From the NCBI GenBank assembly GCA_002269645.1, contig NIVC01001167.1, forward strand, positions 261,933 through 325,932: a stretch of DNA of 64,000 nt, written 5' to 3'. The stretch comes from Macrostomum lignano. Taxonomy: Eukaryota. The position numbers were made by a program, and so were the translations under genes. A model generated the notes under the pieces. It had not been told where the DNA came from. It worked only from the letters and a program-made list of their open reading frames with translations, and ran no database searches. Shown here piece after piece: positions 59,879 to 64,000 of this stretch (within the stretch, counting starts at the first letter, position 1; each line of letters starts with the position of its first letter).

Positions 59879-62800
59879 CTCCTGAGCAGGTCTTGGTAGA
59901 GCAAAGCATCGCTAAGAAGCAGCCGCAAGCTCCTGAGCAGGTCTTGGTAGAGCATTGCAGCGCTCAAGCAGAAAGCACGCTCCTGGGCAGGTCTCGGTAG
60001 AGAATTGCTGTGCTATAGCTCTGGTTTCCAGCCTACCCTATTTGGCAGGAAATCAGTTAGCTGAAGCCATTCTGCTGTAGTCTATTTGCGACACAGGCGC
60101 GAATAAGAGTGAGAGTGAGTGTGCAGTCGCAGCACTCGTGCGCGATTCTAAGAAATAGCTGAGAGCTTAGTTAGCGTGAGTCTATTGCTGCTTCAGGCGC
60201 ATAGACCTATTCCTCGCCGCCCATATGCGCGAGTCGTAGCTATTAGGATAGTAGAAGTTAGGGGTCCTCTGAGAGCTAAACTCAGACACGCTCAAGCGCG
60301 GACATTGTCAGTGCCAGGACTGCGCCGCTCAAGGCATTTGCTACCATTGAGTCCTGTCATTTGGATATTGAAATATCTGAGGCTAGTTGTTCTAGCGTTA
60401 TTTATTTGCGTGGAACCCAATCAGCCCTCTTCATTGCGGATCCTACGGTTCCCACGCTGGTGGCAGCACTACCCTTAATTTTAGATTTCTCTCCAGTCTC
60501 AGCCCCCACAAGAGTGTTCGCTAAGGTTGTCCGGGACGACAGCAGTCCACCTATCCCGAGCAAACGAAAGCTCAGCTACTACACTGGTGATAGCGGTGGG
60601 ATTCCAAGGCCTACCGGACCACCCTTCCTCACCCAGACAAACCAAGACACTTCATTCTAAACTAACTAAAATTACGCCGGTGGTATTCGAGATGCCCGTA
60701 GAGGCCAAGAACCCAATAAAATTTGAACAATTTTTAAAAGCTAATTTTCCCAACGTTCGCATAATGTCGGTCAAAAAATTGTACCACAGCTCAGGGTACT
60801 TTGTATTTACAAACACTCCACAAGAAATGAATAATTTACTAACAACACCACTGAAAATCAATGAAATTAATGGACAAACAGTCACAAGACGCCTGCCATC
60901 AAACAGGCCGCGTCACCAAGCCGATGACAGGCTGCGAAAGCCACTAAAATCACCTAACGTACAATCAATCATTGTCAAGGGAGTTCCTCTCGTTGTGAAA
61001 GCCGAGGAGCTCTTGGTATACCTCGACGATAATTATGCACACTTGCAATTCGATGGAGCCCAGAGGACGGGGCAACCTACGCCGCTCATCAGACTCTTCT
61101 CCAGGAGCAAAGGCTAGTGCATTCACTAGTGCATTCAGGCACTTAAATCTAAATTCCATCAAACTAGACCGATCGAACAAGTAGCACTAGTCAGGATGAT
61201 AGGATAGGTAGTCAGACTCTGGCTGAGACTTTTGGTGTCCCAGGCCCATCATACGCTGCAATGGCACGACCAAAGCCTGTACTCGGTCCAATTATCTACT
61301 CGAATCGAGCCGCTGCCGCTGCTGTCGCCCAATCTGACAAGACGACTGCTCAGACTGCATCTCCTGCTGACAGCTCTGCGCCCGCAATGGTCAAGCAGAC
61401 TGCACACCTTCAAGCAGCTCTGCGCCTGCTGAACAATCCATTGCTGCCCATGCTGCTGCTGTAATCGGTGAGAGGGGTTCATCTCAAAGGCCAGCCAGCT
61501 TGCTATTCGGGCAGTGATGGAGGCTCTGGCGATTGCCCTCAATCCTGCTGGAACTGCAGCTAGGGCAGGTGAAGCTGAAGCCAGTACGGTGAGCGGAGGT
61601 GGATCCGTGCCCTGAGCAAATACAAAAAATTATCTGAATTATGGCTTTTTATAATAAAAATTCTCCTAACTCCACCCTGGTTATTGGGCATCTTAATTGT
61701 AATTCGCTTAGCAACAAAATGCATGAAATTATTATGTGGTTGCACAATGAAAATATTGACATTGGTCTATTCTCAGAAACTGAGCTCAAAAATAACGACA
61801 AGTTCTATGTCCAAGGGTATGCCATTATTAGATATGACATACCAGACTGCAGAAGAGGGTTAGCTATTGCTTACAAGAATACCTTAAAAGTATCCAGTGT
61901 TAATCAATACTTCGATAATATCCACCCTGAGCTTATCAGCCTCGCTGTCAACCCCAACAACAATCCCAGCAATACTATTAGGATTACCCTTTTATACAGA
62001 GCCCCTAATCCCGACCGCATCAACACTGCACTGCTTGAGCAGCTTCTACCCCAGCCAAGATCCCTCCTCATGGGCGACCTGAACTGTCGTCATCACTTGC
62101 TAGGAGGGGATAGCTGTGAGAATCATACTGGCAAACAGCTATTCGATTGGCTTAATAACCATCCTGATCCTCCCTTCATCCTCAACCAGTATGGTGATTG
62201 TACCAGGATCTATAATAGAGGGGGAAGTTCAGTAGGAAATGTCCTGGATCTAGGGATTTGCTCCCCAGATCTAGCTAACTCTGTTAGTGAGGTTTCAGTA
62301 GGTGATGATCTTGACAGTGATCATCTTCCTATTATTATTAAAGTGTTTGTAAACCCTAGCTCGGTCTGTAATCCCAAACCTCCAAAAAGTTACTGGCATA
62401 CTGATTGGGAGGCCTTCAGATATGCCCTCCAAGACAAGTTCGAAAACTGCAACCTTATCAGAACCCGGATCTCTACCCCTGAGGAGCTTGACAGTGCGTT
62501 TGAGAAGCTCACTAAAATGTTCCATGAGACTATAGATGAGGTTGTTTCGAACAGGGATCCTAGAGAGCAACTTCCCCCTGATTTTGTCAGTAAAATAAAG
62601 CACAGAAGAAAGCTCAGGAAACTTTTTAAGAAAACCAGAATTGATTCATTTAGAGTTCAAGCCAACCAAGCCGCTAAAGAAATTAGAATAGCTATATAGG
62701 AAATTTGAAGACCTGTGCAAAAAATAGCGAAAACAAGTTATAGAGAGCCAAGACAATTCTGGATCGATATTAAGAAAATGACCGGCCAATCCATCGGAGC

Positions 62801-64000
62801 TTTTTCTTTTCCCGCCCTTAGTTACAAAGGGGTAACTGCTGAAACAGAACAAGAGACTGCTGATCTATTTCAGGATTTCTTGGAAGATCAGATTCAACCC
62901 ACCCCGACACTAACTCCCTTCTCTTTGAGAGAGTTAAGGCCAGCGAAGATCATGAGATCTTTCGACCCTATGACTGCATGATGAGAGCCCTGACCTACCA
63001 CAGGGACAGGGCTGACCCTGATGACCCAGACAAAGAGGATATTGAATCTGACATTCTCAACATCCTCGACATCGATGTTCTAATGGAAACTAAAAATCTT
63101 AGGACTGGGGGTGCCCCTGGCCCTGATAAAATTCCAAATATTGTGCTTAAGCGCGGGCTCAGCCCTGACTCAATTAAAACTTTAGCCAAAATATTCAATG
63201 CGAGCTTTCTTCTGGGTTATTTCCCGAAGGCCTGGAAAAAAGCAATTATAAAAATGATCCCGAAACCTAAGAAGTCTAAGCATGAAATAGGTTATTACCG
63301 GCCTATCAGTCTTACATCCTGCCTAGGAAAACTTTACGAAAAAGTCATTGCTAGAAATCTCAGAATGATTTTAGAAAACAAGGGAATTATAAATGAAGAC
63401 CAATGTGCGTACAGACAAGACCACTGTACGTTCGATAACATTGTGCGACTCACAGATGATATACTAAAAATGAACCAATGGCGTCATGTGACCCTTGGTG
63501 TCTTCTTTGACGTCAAAGGCGCCTTCGATGGTGTCTGGTACAGATACCTGAGATATCGCCTCCTTGAAAGGGAGCTGCCTCAAACATGATCCGTATTATC
63601 TCCAGCTACCTAGAAGATAGGGAGATCTCTATACAAACCGGGAGGGGCAATAAGCAAAGGCTTCAGGCCTGCTGCCGGTGTCCCACAAGGAGGGGTGCTG
63701 TCCTCCCTTCTGTTTATTATTAACGTCAGCTCGATCCCAATCCCGCGTGACGTCAAAGTCAAGAAAGAGCCAGTTTGCAGACGATCTTGCAGTCTGGGCG
63801 AATGCTAAAACGTCTCTTTGACGGCCAAGAGGTTGAATGGGTATCTGGCCGTCCTGAAGAAATGGCTTAATGATGTGGGCATCACCATCAACCTTAACAA
63901 AAGCAGGCTGTTGCCTTTTTCAAATTCAAAGTAATTCATCCACGGGTCCAGCCAGGCGTCCGCTCAAACTCGGCCAGGATACTATCCCTACCACGATTCG
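59879..64000 (+). mobile_element. E4: related Jockey/I-group LINE lacking AlkB and the knuckles; runs off the window end
   Basis: Three 50-51-bp units with CTCCTGAGCAGGTCTTGG (59879-60005); ORF1 remnants PVVFE..FPNVRI..VTRRL and GSQTL..FGVPGP..GPIIYSNRAA homologous to E2. Confidence 0.85.
61641..64000 (+). pseudogene. E4 ORF2: APE + RT (stops and frameshifts; truncated by window)
   Basis: HLNCN..FSET, MGDLNCRH, DSDHLP, APGPD, RPISLTSCLGKLYEK, DVKGAFDGV, GVPQGG, QFADDL (~63775). Confidence 0.95.

Overview
Animal (probably invertebrate) genomic DNA made almost entirely of nested mobile elements, microsatellites and low-complexity tracts, with no recognisable housekeeping gene. The main signal is a family of Jockey/I-group non-LTR retrotransposons (APE+RT ORF2, triple-CCHC ORF1) whose ORF1 carries an AlkB/ALKBH2-3-like 2OG-Fe(II) dioxygenase domain. 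Three divergent members carry it (E1 ~23706-32210, E2 32211-44063, E3 44069-~46150). They abut head-to-tail at a shared AGAGCAGT junction motif. A fourth relative (E4, ~59880 to the window end) lacks AlkB. Two antisense ~850-bp non-autonomous elements in the E1 3'UTR share the family's 3' stem-loop. A Copia element (5-bp TSD) with its 3' half replaced by Gypsy sequence interrupts the E2 5'UTR. The left third holds a CryptonA-like tyrosine-recombinase element with terminal palindromes, a spliced BEN-domain gene, two RNase H-bearing LINE 3' fragments and a decayed Maverick/adintovirus (pPolB, protease, capsid). It also holds a second spliced tyrosine recombinase with C2H2 fingers and a probable PWWP domain, plus a solo LTR. 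The right part has a foldback-like element, hAT MITEs, a DUF4806-like spliced gene and a tRNA-derived SINE. All domain calls come from motif recognition by eye; no searches were run and novelty is unverified.
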